Below are positions 40,686 through 54,099 of a stretch of 64,000 bases of DNA, piece by piece (the stretch's first letter is position 1; every line of letters starts with the position of its first letter). Made by a program: the position numbers and the translations under genes. Below the pieces are notes generated by a model, which was given only the letters and a program-made list of their open reading frames with translations, was not told where the DNA came from and did no database searches. Where the stretch lies: NCBI GenBank assembly GCA_964016885.1, contig OZ024741.1:29078001-29142000 (forward strand), read 5' to 3'. This DNA comes from Eledone cirrhosa. Its lineage: Eukaryota.

Positions 40686-41736
40686 TTAACATAGTGTCAT
40701 TATGAACAGAGGCGTATATTCTCGTATATAAAATATTAATAATGAAAAGGTAATAAACGAATGGCCTAAATAAAGAGAGAAATTATAATGTAAAAAAAAG
40801 AGGATAGAAATAAAAAAAAGAGAGAACAAGAAAAAGAGGAATGGTGGGCATTAAATAGAAAGAGAAGAAGAGGAAGTACTTGGGTAGGGTGGTGTGGGTG
40901 GAGGACTACATCAAGACAGGGTGGATGGACAGTGTGGCACCACGTATACTCACTGGACACTATCAAGTATAGGAATTCCAAGACATTGGAGGACACGACT
41001 GTTGTTCACTAGTTCCACTTAGTGTGTTGTTGGTTACACTAAATCGTATTTTCGTCATTTTCCCTTCATATTACAGAGTAAGCATGAAGTCTTTCCTTGA
41101 TTATAAACCTTTAAGCAAAATATTTTGTGACTGAAAATTACAACTACTTCCTGTAGAAGAGAAAAAGTAAAACATGTTCAGAAAAACTTAAAACTTTAAA
41201 GTTATAAATTAAAATAATGGAAAAAGTAAATTCTGAAATAATATGGTATTTTATAAATAGACAAAGACTTTATGTTCACCCTGTATATCTTGTAATTACT
41301 GTGTGCTTTCTATTATATTACATTTGTTATAACCTCCCGTCGAGGTTAACTTTGCCTTTCATCCATACGGGGTCGATAAAGTACTGGGGTAATTGATAGC
41401 CTTGTGCCAAAAGTAGAAACAATTATATTACATTTATTCCCTGTTACTCTATTACTTTATTACTTGTTCTAGCCGAGAGGGTAAGGCCATGCTGGGGCAC
41501 CACAATGTTGTTATCAATAATTATACATTATATACATTTATTGCATAATTATTTCAATTTTACCTACACTCATTGAGTTTTCATTACAACTATTTGAAAG
41601 TTCCTTTGAATTCTGTTTCTTTCCCAAACCATGCCAAGTGTCAACCTGACACCTGAGGCAAAATTTTATAATACACACATTTTACAATCAATTGTCACAC
41701 AGATGATGCCACAATGGCACAAACAACAGTAAATGT

Positions 41737-41801
41737 TTTTTACTCTTTTACTCTTTTACCTGTTGAAGCCATCCGGCTGGGGTCATTGTGGGGCACCGCC
41801 C
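41737..41801 (-). mobile_element. CR1-family 3' tip with (GAGTAAAA)n tail
   Basis: Reverse complement matches the CR1 3' end at 59925-59985. Confidence 0.7.
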
Positions 41802-41847
41802 TAGAAAAGTTAAGTGTTTATCACCTGGAGAATCCGAATAATTTGCA

Positions 41848-42104
41848 TATTATTATTATTATTATTGTTCTTTGAGTCTCAGTCATTCATGTTATTTAAC
41901 TGGAAAGTTAGTTGAAATGAATATCAAGCCATTACCTGCAGCCTCAGATATTCAGGACGTATCGGATGGTTCTTGCTGTTCCCAGCAAGCATGCCTTTTG
42001 AAGTGTTCCAAAAAGCGGGGCGGGACCAATTTTCTTTAACCATCCTTGGAAACTCTTTGAGATAGTACCTAGTGCGCCTATGACAATCGGGACCACTTTG
42101 ACCT
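41848..42104 (-). mobile_element. R4/Dong 3' tip with (TAA)n tail
   Basis: VKVVPIVIGALGTI...LQKACLLGTARTIRYVLNI*, then short 3' UTR and (AAT)n. Confidence 0.88.
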
Positions 42105-44500
42105 CGACGGACTGCCGCGGCTCTCGGCCACTGAGGCGGAGTGTTGCGAAAAACCGATAACAGTCGCTGAAGTACGGGAGGCAATGAGTAGCTGCACAAG
42201 GGGTAAATCGCCTGGTTTGGATGGTCTGCCCTATGAACTTTACGTACAGATGCCAGACTTTTTCGGAGGCCTCTTGGCGGACGTCTACTGTGCAACTGGT
42301 AACAGAACGGGAGTATTCCCAGCTCTGTGAGCCGAGGAGCTGTGGCACTGCTGAGAAAGGATCCGAACAAGGGTGATAACATAGATAATTTTAGGCCTAT
42401 AACTTTGCTAAACACAGAGTTCAAGATTTTGGCCAAGGTGCTAGCAAAGAGGTTGGCGCTTGTCGTTGGTGGTCTGGTGGGAGAGGCAGAGACATGCGCT
42501 ATTCCCGACAGATCCATCCACGACAACCTCCACCTCATGCGATACATCGTAGAGAGGGTAGCTAGGGAACATGACATGGGTGGGTCCTTGATCAATTTAG
42601 ATCAGTCGAAAGCTTTTGATAGGGTTGACCATCGTTACCTAGCGGCAGTTGAGGGCGGCTGGCTTTGGGCCCGTCTTCAGAGGCTGCATCGCTGCAATGC
42701 ACAGCGACATCTGCTCTGTGGTAAGAGTGAACGGTCACCTTTCGGAACATCATGCGCTCGGTCCGCCAAGGATGTCCCCTCTCGTCCCTCTTGTACCTAT
42801 TGACTCTCGAGCCATTACTGCACAAACTGGAGACGTTGAGGAGGGTCCCGCGCAAACTAGGATGCGGAAGATCCGTCTCAGAATATGCGGACGATGTCAC
42901 CGTAGTGGTGTCGAACGCCAAACACATCGAGGCGATCGGCACTACACTAAGAGAATACGAAGCGGTGACAGGAGCAATCATCAACCAGGAAAAGTCAGTG
43001 GGCCTGCAGATCGGCACCTGGAGAGGCAAGTCCATGCCGTCCAACAGCGTCGTCGGGCGCTGGACGGACGGACCGGTTAAATTGCTAGGGGTCTGGTTCG
43101 GTCCGGACCTCCAGACGGACAAAAACTGGGACGAGGTGACGAGCAGGGTGGCTTCGCTCACCCACAAATGGGCGGAGAGGAAGCTATCCCTGAAAGGTCG
43201 AGCGGAGGTGGCCAACGCGTACATCGCGTCCGTCATCTACTACCGCCTGACCGTCGTACCTTGTCCTAAGCCCCGCCTGACTGCGCTGGAGCGTTTGCTC
43301 TTTCGCTTTTTGTGGAAGGGACGCGCACCGATGGTCAGGCGGTCCATCTGCTGTCAACACCCGCTACGTGGAGGGCTGGGCATGCCGTGGCTGACGATGC
43401 GCAGACACGCGCTCGGGCTACGACATCTCCACCTCTTTCTCGACTGTGATCAGGTGTGGTCGCCGTTTGCTAGACACGTCTTTCCCCAGCTCGTCTCCTT
43501 GACGGAGCTGCAGTCCTGGGTCAAGCGAAGACCGAGAGGGAGCGCTTGGAGACTGGAATGTCTTGAGGCGCTCACAGCCCTCGACCAATCGGGCAATGTG
43601 ATCGGTGGAAACTCCACCTTGGCGTTCTAGAGAGGATTAGTGGAGGGGGAAGAGCGACGACGTACTTGGAGAAACTCTAGGCGTCGACGAAAATCAACTA
43701 GCCAATCTCTTCGGAAGGACTTTCGGGCCGAGGCCTATGGACAACTTCCAGAACTCCCTGGCCTGGCAGTGCTACCGAGGAACTTTGCCAGTTCGGGATA
43801 AACTCTACAGGCATGGAGGTGCCGTCAGCCAGGCATGTCCGAGATGCGCGCAGGACGACGAAACCGTCCTGCACGCACTCGTCCAGTGTCCGAGCATTGC
43901 TCACTTGTGGGTTTATGTCGAACACCTGCTGTCACGTGTAGGACGGATCCAGCTATCAGCTGAGTCCATCGTGAGGATTGCCCCGCCCTCTTCCTTTAGC
44001 CGGGAAGGGCAGGCAGTTTTTATCTGTCTGGTGGCCATGGCGAAAGAGATAGTATGGTGGACACATTTGAAAGGGCTGAAGACGAGCACTTACCTCTTCG
44101 GTGATGCCCTGATTAACTTTTTCAAATTTCATTTGGAAAGGAAAATCAGGGTAGAGAGGGAAGTGCTTTCTTCCCAGCATTTTGTTGAAAGATGGGTGAG
44201 AGAGGCAAGAATGGCCCGAGTGAATTGGCCTACTCTGAGTATGTGTCTGTAAATTAAAGGTGGAAAACTGGGAGAGGGCACTTGCCCTGATGGTCATGGT
44301 CACTGTGGCCTTTTAATGGGCTTTCTCCACGAATGTCCCTCGGAAGTCTCCCCCCTATTGGGGAATTTTTTCATTGTTCTATTATTACATCCTCTGTTTC
44401 TTGTTTTTTACACTCAGAAATGCCCATTTGTACCGTCCTGTATTGTCCTGTACTGTCCTTAATGTCTACTTTATGTAAACCCTTGTGGTTAATAAAGAAA

Positions 44501-44577
<77 letters not shown>
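42101..44577 (+). mobile_element. 5'-truncated, frameshifted Tx1/L1-clade LINE ending in (ATT)n
   Basis: KSPGLDGLPYE, FRPITLLN, LDQSKAFDRVDH, VRQGCPLS, YADD, GGLG, CPRC...H...C; AATAAA before (ATT)n. Confidence 0.93.
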
Positions 44578-45248
44578 GTATACATATAATATATTATTTG
44601 TATACACCAAAAACAGCAGCTAACTTTCAAACGCATTTCACAGTATACGTCAAACCCCCTTCGAGGATTTGAATGCAACTAAATTTATTCACTGTTATCG
44701 AAAGTAATAAAGAAGAAAGAATTAAAAAACAAAAAGAAATGTTGGTCTTGTGCCTACGAGGGAAAGCAATATTGCCCCATTGACCATTTCAGAAATTAAC
44801 CTGTCAAAATCAACACCGAAGTGGGTGATACTTGGCAAGGATTTCATGTTGAAATATTGATGAATGTACAAAAATGGTAATTCTTTAGTTTGTTATTTAT
44901 AGTCCAACAAACTGAAATTACAATCTTAAGACTTCAATTCGAATATCCCTATATAGCTTCAAAAGAGCTCCACTTTTATGGACCAGTCCCCTAGCGGTTT
45001 CTTTTAAAACCTCTTTAATCACATTTTATTTCAACTTATTGGACATTTTCTCAAGTGAAGTTGCAGTAAAAGTACACAAGCACCATTATATTAACACACA
45101 GACTAACCCCCCCCACACACATATGCCTATGTACTTGCACACTTACAAACAAACATAGTTATACATACGCTCTGTTGACAAATGCAAATATACATAGAAA
45201 CACACAAACGCACACACACGCATATATATATATAAATATATATATATA

Positions 45249-45330
<82 letters not shown>

Positions 45331-45499
45331 CATATATATATATGTGTGTGTGTGTATGTTTCTGTGCTTATATATGTATGCACACATACACACACACATA
45401 GACTCTTCACCTCCCACACAGAGAGACACAGATATATGTGCAAGGTCAAGAATGAAAATCAATGAAACAAACATTGAGTAGAATTAGAAACATTCTTAC

Positions 45500-45558
45500 C
45501 AGGATGACGTTTGTATGAAATGGGAAAAGGAGTGTCTTCAACATCTCAGACGTTAGTC
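45500..45558 (-). CDS. Candidate 59-nt host exon (xLTSEMLKTLLFPFHTNVIL)
   Basis: Long pyrimidine tract plus TGTAG acceptor; CTG|GTAAGA donor; one open frame. Confidence 0.45.
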
Positions 45559-46169
45559 CTACATCATGACAGAAAACAGCGAAAGAGGAAAAGGAAAAAA
45601 TAAGAGGAAAATTAAGAGGGACGATAGGGGAAGAGGTGTGCAGTGCTAGAATAGTTTTTAAAATCCAGTAATTCTCAGGGAATCTAAAATATGTCCGGTT
45701 AGAGTACAGACCTGCTAGATCAATTTCCAGGTTCGAATAAAGGAGGGTTCCGCACAAGTGGTGGTTATAGAATGTAAAGGCAAATGCATGGCTGTTGGGT
45801 TAGACAGTTTGCTTCGTAACCACGAGGTTCTGGGTTCAGTCATGCCACGTGACAACTTGGGCTAGTATCATCTACTATACACTCGGTACTCGGGTGATGG
45901 AAACTTTAGGACCCACCTGCTGCAAATATTTCAGTTATATATATATATATATATAATTAGAATTTTAGTCTACGACTTCAGTTATACCATTTACATGGTT
46001 TTGTCTTTGCGTGTAATTGTTTTTCACTGCTCCAAATAATGACGTATTATATTTGTTTTTTCCCGTTCTTTGCCAGGGAACGTTTCCACGAACCAAAGTA
46101 TCGTCTTCCTGTCTTCCTCCGGTTGCAACGTTTTTTGAAATATTCACTTCTGCGTTCACAGATTGACTT

Positions 46170-46250
46170 TGTTAGTTTCAGAAGATCCCGTTAAGGGTGA
46201 AAGCAGCGATTCTTTGCTTAAACTTTAATCTGTTATTTTAATAAATATTT
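46170..46250 (+). mobile_element. PLE-type terminal repeat with hammerhead-like CAGAAGA...GAAA motif
   Basis: CAGAAGA-UCCC(GUUAA)GGGU-GAAA-GCAGC; identical on minus strand at 31419-31474 and partial at 60073-60120. Confidence 0.5.
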
Positions 46251-46331
46251 GCTCTACGGCTCTTATATATTTGATATATATTTATCCTTATCGAGCCCTC
46301 TTTGGATTTTAGTCTTCAAATTTATTATTAT

Positions 46332-46364
<33 letters not shown>

Positions 46365-46568
46365 AATGGAAGTTTAGTAAAATCGAAGTTTTGGCTGTGG
46401 CCAAGCTAACGATATACAATCCGGAATGTGCAGCAAAGCACTCGATAAGGTCGTGTCACCTTAGAGTAATAACATACGCTATGTAGCTTGACAATTTGAA
46501 AACTGTGGCAGGCGAGCCTAGCCACATGATACCAAAGCAACGGAAAAACAATCAGGTTAGATAACAGA

Positions 46569-46614
<46 letters not shown>

Positions 46615-46619
<5 letters not shown>

Positions 46620-47366
46620 GGAATAGAATGAAACGAAACTTCATTTCTCACTCTCAGTACGGCAGTTACTTAAATGTAAGTATGTATGTATGTATACGTA
46701 CATACATATATGTATACAGACGTACAGTAGTATGTATATATATACATACATGCACACATATATATATGCACGTATCGATTTACCGAACATTTATTATAAT
46801 GCTCGAACAGCCCGAATTACGCCGTACAGTGTTTAAGCAACCACGTCACCTTTTTGTTCAACACTGACACAGAAACGATGTACTAGTTTCAAGCTTATTA
46901 GCTAATGTCAGCATCATACGCCTTCCTGCCAGATGGTTGAACGTCTGAAAGTATATACTTTCCCCATGCATATTAACGGCTGAGCAGCCTAATTTGCATA
47001 TCGAGTGAGTTTAGTCGGCCGGGCGCACCGAAAACGATAAATGGAATAGAATGAAACGAAATTTCATTTCTCACTCTTAGTACGGCAGTTACTTAAATGT
47101 AAGTATGTATGTATACGTACATACATATATGTATATGTGTATATATATACGTACATACATATACATATATGTGTCAGTGTTGAACAAAAAGGCGACGTCG
47201 TTGCCTAAACACTGTACGACGTAATTCGGGCTGTTTGTTTGTTTACAAACAAACCGAGCATTATAATAAATGTTCGGTAAACCGATACGTGCATATATAT
47301 ATGTGTGCATGTATGTATATATATATACATACTACTGTACGTATGTATACATATATGTATGTACGT

Positions 47367-47372
<6 letters not shown>
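46615..47372. repeat. Element with a terminal direct repeat followed by an inverted segment (A-B-C-A-B')
   Basis: 46615-46712 is repeated at 47038-47130; 46690-46870 is inverted at 47171-47372. Confidence 0.85.
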
Positions 47373-47425
<53 letters not shown>

Positions 47426-47428
47426 CGT

Positions 47429-47509
<81 letters not shown>

Positions 47510-47729
47510 TATATACGAAGTTAATAAGCTGACTATGAAGAAGTGATGCTAGAGCTGTGAAATCTTGCAAGCATTAATTTGAACTCTTCCTATTAATAAA
47601 TGCGTTGTTTGTTTCCCATGACTCTGTTGTAAAATATACCTCATTTGGTCACTCCATGAGAGCATCTTGGTAAGCCTATGAACTTTTCAGCAAAACTTTG
47701 TCTCTCTCTCTATATGTATATATATATAC

Positions 47730-47799
<70 letters not shown>

Positions 47800-47904
47800 C
47801 ATAAACATATTTAGCTTCAGCCAAAATCTCGATTTGGGGGATATAAACTAGGCCGTCTAAAAAAAAGCTAGTTTAACTCATATAGTTCCACACCCATAGT
47901 TTCT

Positions 47905-48716
47905 GGAGAGGTAGTGACAGAGAATGAGTGAGTGAAGGGTGAGGAAGAGGCTAACAGAGAGAGAGAGAGACTGCTAGAAAGGGTAAATATACATAGAACG
48001 AAAAAGACGGTGTAGCAGCAGAGGAAAATATATGTGTAAATATGATAATAAGGGCGCTGCGGAGTTGTAAATGGGTTACATATGAAAAAAGTTTGTCCTT
48101 CATCAGTGATCTTCCAACTATCATAGGCATATGCTACACCGTCTTTTTCGTTCTATGTATCTTTACCCTTTCTAGCAGTCTCTCTCTCTGTTAGCCTCTT
48201 CCTCACCCTTCACTCACTCATTCTCTGTCACTACCTCTCCTCCTCCTCTTTCTTCCCGTTTGACCTGTGAGTAATTCTTTTCTCTCACATTCTCGGCCAA
48301 GCGGGTCGGAATTTTTTCTCTCTCGTCTACGATTTCACAGAACTTATGTTTACCGAATTCGCAGACCAGACCCCTTCTTCCTCCCGTTAGACCTGTGCGA
48401 AATTCCTTCCTTGCTCACATTTCAACCAGGTTTGATGGTCTTTATTCTTTCGTTCACGATTTCACCGAACTTAAATTCATAGAAATCTGGGACTTGTCTC
48501 CTTCATCCTCACTTTCTGTTGCTTCACCATTTTGTTTGTTTACCCTCGTGTCCCCTTTATTTACGTGTCCCAACGACTTTTTTTAGCCGTTGCTCGCACC
48601 AACCGGAGGTATATGGTCTTTAAAGCGATGAAATGCCTATGATAGTTGGAAGATCACTGATGAAGGACAAACTTTTTTCATATGTAACCCATTTGCAACT
48701 CCGCAGCGCCCTTATT

Positions 48717-48722
<6 letters not shown>
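47905..48722. repeat. Interlocked inverted repeats (A-B-A'-C-B')
   Basis: 47905-48017 vs 48132-48240; 48041-48130 vs 48633-48722. B' holds a CTGATGAAGGAC hammerhead-core remnant. Confidence 0.85.
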
Positions 48723-48755
<33 letters not shown>

Positions 48756-48786
48756 GGGGTACTTAGTACCCATGGGCATATTAACT

Positions 48787-48830
<44 letters not shown>

Positions 48831-49001
48831 GTCGAAATCAGTGTTGCAGCACATGTAGTAACTTTATTTGCATATTACAATTATTTCTATATCGATCAGC
48901 TGAGGGTACACTTTACATATATCTCTATATACATATATATACACATATATATATGTATAGATACGCGCGCGCACGCGCACGCGCGCACACACATACACAC
49001 A

Positions 49002-49132
<131 letters not shown>

Positions 49133-49193
49133 TAGAAAGTGAGGTTTTCTTTACAAAATGAAAAATAACCGAGGTGTCCTACACGAGTGAAAG

Positions 49194-49471
49194 TATAAAG
49201 AAAAAAAGATGAAATCGAAAATGCAACTGGAGTCTTATTTAAAAAAACTATATATATATTTATTTGGTTCCTTTACCGGTTTCGCAGTTCTTCTGCTTTT
49301 CAATGGAGGGTCTGTGCTTTTTCTCACATCTGTGAGAAAAATCACAGACCCTCCAACTCAACTCTACTTTTGAAAAGCAGAAGAACTGCGAAACCGGTAA
49401 AGGAACCAAATAAATATATATATTTAACAAAAAATCAGACTCCAGTTGCATTTTCGATTTCATCTTTTTTT

Positions 49472-49478
<7 letters not shown>
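49194..49478. repeat. Palindrome carrying a hammerhead-like motif in each arm
   Basis: Centre 49329-49330; UUGAAAA-GCAG(AAGAA)CUGC-GAAA-CCGG-UA at 49370-49399 and its reverse complement. Confidence 0.85.
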
Positions 49479-49532
<54 letters not shown>

Positions 49533-50160
49533 ATTCTTTAATATGGAAATATACCCATTAGATCATATTTTTCAGCTGCGGTAGAAAGCGAATATGTATT
49601 GACAATTTTATAGTATTTATAAAATAAATGTTGTGCATTAAAATAAAATATATCTTAAGAACGACAAATACTTCAAATTCAATATCGATTATTGTGTTTG
49701 CATAAACACCGTTTAAATTGAAACTTTATTGAAACATAGATGCTTAGAGCTAATAACAAGTTTGGTTGAATTAGACAGGGTTGTGACTCGTTAGCATCTG
49801 TTCAGAGACATCTTCGGATTAGTTTACGGAAGCTCGTTATTTAATATAGACATAATGGGTTATTTCAATATGGTAAATCTCGTTTCAACCACATATTTTA
49901 TGTTTTGTATATAATGACCTGCACTATTTTATGATTTGTGTATAATGACCTGACCTTTATCGAGTAATGATAACAAGAAAAAAAAAAGACGAAGAACTCA
50001 GGATAAATACGAAACAGTAAATAGGAAACAAAAATAAAGGAAAGAAGGCAGTGAAAATGAGATTAATCTGAAAGTCCTAGATACATATATTAGAAATTAT
50101 AAATATATGTATATATGATTCACACAGCTCTAAATAAACCATTATTAGTTACATGAAAAG

Positions 50161-50360
50161 GGCGGTGGATTGGCAGTATCGGTAGAGGGTCGGACGCCAT
50201 GCTTTGAGGCATATAGTTACTGTCCTTGCCTTTCTCAGTTCAAATCCCACCGAGGTTAACTTTGCCTTTCATCCTTACGGGTTCGATAAAATAAAATACC
50301 AGTAATGCACTGGGTATTTGCTGGCCTTGTGCCAAAAGTAGAAACAATTATTACTATTAT
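50161..50360 (+). mobile_element. tRNA-derived SINE (octopus-type), full length
   Basis: A box TGGCAGTATCGG, B box GTTCAAATCC, body AACTTTGCCTTTCATCCTTACGGG-TCGATAAAATAAA-TACCAG, (ATT) tail. Partial copies at 41336-41430 and 55582-55700. Confidence 0.88.
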
Positions 50361-50436
50361 TAGGTTATAATATCGATATTAGGATTTAAGCAAGTGTTTG
50401 GAGTAATGTGGTTGAGTATTCTACTGACATGTGTGC

Positions 50437-50606
50437 CAGACCTGCCAACCTCCAAAAACCCAAACGGCGAGTACCACGAAAAAAGGAGCCCAAAACGGGT
50501 GGGGGAGGGGGGGACGAGGCAAAAATGGAGAGATTTTACATAATGAAAGCTACCCTAAAGTAGATGGGAGATCTCCTCCGTCCGACGGGGAGGGTTGACA
50601 GGTCTG
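50437..50606. mobile_element. hAT-like MITE
   Basis: TIRs CAGACCTGCCAACC / GGTTGACAGGTCTG (one mismatch); target-site duplication not recognisable. Confidence 0.6.
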
Positions 50607-51016
50607 CGTAAACTCCTAATGTAATTCAAGGTGAGACAAGTCTAGCTCTTTGAATTACATGTACAATCCCTCTGACGGACTTCCAGGCAATCTCAGTGTT
50701 CCAAATTCCAATCACAAGGCTTAGTTCGATCCTAAGCTATGGTAAAAAATACTTGTCCAAGACACCAAGCAGTAGGATGGGCTATCACGCAGTAGTGACC
50801 TCCTGATTCTAAAATAAACAACTGAAATATTTACCTAAGTCGTAGCCAGAAATAAATAAATAAACAAACAATAAATAAATAAATAAATAAATAAATAAAT
50901 ATATCTTACAAAACCACTCCAATACATAATATGGTGGATAAAATTAAAATATATATGAAATAGCTTTGCTATGATGAAATATATTTTATCATCATCATTG
51001 CAATGTATACTTAATA

Positions 51017-51207
51017 TTATTTGTTTCTACTTTTTGACACAAGGCCAGCAATTAATCAGTGCATTACTGGTACTTTATTTTATCGACCCCGTAAGGATGA
51101 AAGGCAAAGTCAACCTCAGCGGGATTTGAACTCAGATCGTTAAGGGACGTAACTATGCTGGAAAGCATGGCGTCCGACCCTCTACCGATACTGCCAATCC
51201 ACTGCCC
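51017..51207 (-). mobile_element. tRNA-derived SINE (octopus-type)
   Basis: Reverse-complement homologue of 50161-50360. Confidence 0.88.
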
Positions 51208-51418
51208 GTATACTTGATATTATGAGATATAAACACAGTATTTGTTTCCACGCAAATATATAAAAGCATCAGCTGTTACATGTTAGCTTGGAACAACGAA
51301 TTAACAGATATTATCGGTATTACATAAATCACAAGGGAATCGAAAGATAGAGACTTCATTGAGGCGAAAGTGCTTATAAATCAAGGATTTCACTAAGGTA
51401 GTTACAACATCGAATATT

Positions 51419-51475
51419 TCATTTCATTTCTTCCTTTCTTTCTTTCCTTCTATCTTTCTTTCTTTCTTCTCCTCT

Positions 51476-51536
<61 letters not shown>

Positions 51537-51542
51537 TCCTCC

Positions 51543-51575
<33 letters not shown>

Positions 51576-51609
51576 TCCTCTTCTTTCTTTCTTTCTTTCT
51601 TTCTTCTCT

Positions 51610-51648
<39 letters not shown>

Positions 51649-51784
51649 CTTTCTTTCTGTCTTTGTTTTTTTCTTTCCTTCTTTCTCTCTTCCCTTTTTC
51701 TTTCTTTCCATCTCTCTTCCCTTTTCTTTCCTTCTTTCTTTCTTCTCTTCTTTCTTTCTTTCTTTCTTTCATTTTCTTTCTTTC

Positions 51785-51827
<43 letters not shown>

Positions 51828-51910
51828 CCCTTCCCTTTTCTTTCTTTCCCTCGCTCTTCCCTTTTCTTTCTTTCTTTATTCTTTGCTTGTTTCTTTCTTT
51901 CTTTCTTTCA
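51419..51910. repeat. (TTTC)n microsatellite
   Basis: Directly visible. Confidence 0.95.
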
Positions 51911-52679
51911 TGATTCTATTTATTTATTGTTTTACACAAAGAAAATGAATCAATTAAAATGATCGATCTGACTGTGGACCCGGAATGGCCAAATGGTGCC
52001 AGGTTCGATTCCACCGCGTTCCATCTTTGCCAATCGTCGTTTGCCACACCATCTGGTCACTCTAGGCCAGTGACGGAAATTCTGTTGACGGAAACTGTAT
52101 GGAAGACCATCAGATGGATTGTACCAGTAATTCAGCAGTTCATGTCTTTTCACACATGTCACGTCGATTCAGTCTAAGAATCACGTTCAGGGTACACGTG
52201 TCTATGAAATACTCCTGTTAATATAACGGCTGCTTCAGTTGCTCGAAACTGATGGAGTATAAATCCTCCTCATCCTCCTCATCCTCCTCTTCATCCACCA
52301 CCCTCCTACGCCTTCTTCTTCATCTCCTCCCTACACCTCATTCCCTCCTCCTCCCCCTCCCCCTCCTCCTCCAATATCCCTCCTCCTCCTCTTTATCCTC
52401 TATCCTCCTCCTTCAATCCCCTCTTAATCTTCCACCACCATCCTCCTCCTTCTATCCCTCATGATATTTTTCCCTCCTTTTTTCCCTCTTTCTCCTCCCT
52501 CTCCAACCACCTCTTCTGCCGCTTTCTTTTCATCCTTCATCCCCTTCTTCATCCATCCGTTCCCTACTCCACCACCTCCTCCTCACCATCCTCCAATCTC
52601 TCCCCTCCGCCATCCTCTCCCTACTCCACCCCACCTCCCCATTCTCCGCTTCCTTCACCTCTACCTTCTCCTTATATAA

Positions 52680-53850
52680 GTAACATTATAAATGGGAGAA
52701 GGGGTAAAGAAGGGTGGATCTGGCTGTATGGGAAAGTAGAGAAAAGGACTATAAAAGTCATAAATGAGAGGAAAAGGAGGAAAAGCTAGGGCTCTAGGAC
52801 CACAGAAGAAAAGGAGGGGAAGGGGAAAGGGTGATGGGCTCCAGACCTAGGGTGTGGCGGTGTTGGGGCTGCGCCTCGCAGACAAAACAACTACAAAGTA
52901 TTCCCGCGGACGATAGCCAGCGACACCCGCTGCAACAGCCACCCCACCACGTGGAGCTCCTTCCTCAGATGAGCTGCAGTCGTTCCGATCTTGCGGAGGA
53001 ACTCTGCAGTACGGGGTCCGAGGACGCCTGAGGTCTCGACGGCGATGGGTGCGAAGAGAGAAAGTGGCCGGCCTACCCCCCGGTATTTGTTTGTCTTCCT
53101 TTCCTCTGCATTGAGGGTCGCAGTACCGGGTTTGTGACCGAAGTGACTAAGTTGGGGACGGAAAACGTGTCACAACATATGAGGGATCTACCTCCTTCGA
53201 ATGGGATGAGGATAATTTCGTCGAGGCGCTTGCCGTCTCCGCAGCCGAAGCCTGATGGCTCCAGATGTAATGGGAAGCCAGCTGCGCCCTGTCTCCTTCT
53301 CAATATACCGTTGTGAGCGTCATGTCCGGGGAGTCGATCTTCACCAAACCTGTCAAAGACATCGCCACGAAGGTATTTATGTGGCTCACACACGCAGTGG
53401 TCGAGCCGTTGGGCCACCTCAAGACAAGTGCACTCGTCATCAAGAAGGGTACCGGTTGATAAGGAGGGCACCGATTTGAACCATACACCGCCGTTTGCCT
53501 GTGAAAAGGATCGGAGGCATTTGAGGCAGTGTTAGTCGACGCCAGATGGTTTGGGTCCACGTCTGAAGGAAGACTTGCATTCGATGTTGTTCCAGTTACG
53601 TTGGACATTTATATACGGCTTACACCTGTCCAGTCGGCAAGAGCCTGCTTGAGCACTGGGAGCACATCAGTTTGGGTCGTCTGGGTGAGGACCTCGCTGA
53701 CGTGAGTGCAACTGGAGAAGATTGAGAAAAGGTTGGCCGGTAGTGCTAGATCCGAAGCGATTCTTAACCCGAGGCCACCGAAACTCGCTGGTTGCTTCGC
53801 TTGTTGCCAACCGGCGCTGTCGAAATTGACATTACAGATAAGATCTGCAA
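52680..53850 (-). mobile_element. Decayed CRE-clade non-LTR retrotransposon 3' part
   Basis: WQQAKQPASFGGLGLR; LEPSGF...DGKRLD...PFEGGRSL...DT restriction-like endonuclease; terminal LLQRVSLAIVRGN. Confidence 0.82.
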
Positions 53851-54099
53851 GCGGAAAATACATACACACACACACACATATATATACATGCATATATACA
53901 TTCAGACATACATATATACTGACAGACAGACATACATATATACATACATACATAGTTACATACACACATGAACACATACATAAATACACACATACATACA
54001 GAGGCCATGCAGGGACACCGCCATTGCTGACGAACCACCATCTAAAGGATATATATATATATATATATATACAGAAAAAAAGGCTTATAAAAATTACTT

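Noticed and set aside
44800-45040. Minus-strand exon (KELPFLYIHQYFNMKSLPSITHFGVDFD)
   Set aside because: Ends at a plausible donor in a compatible phase, but in-frame stops follow the good acceptor; left unresolved.
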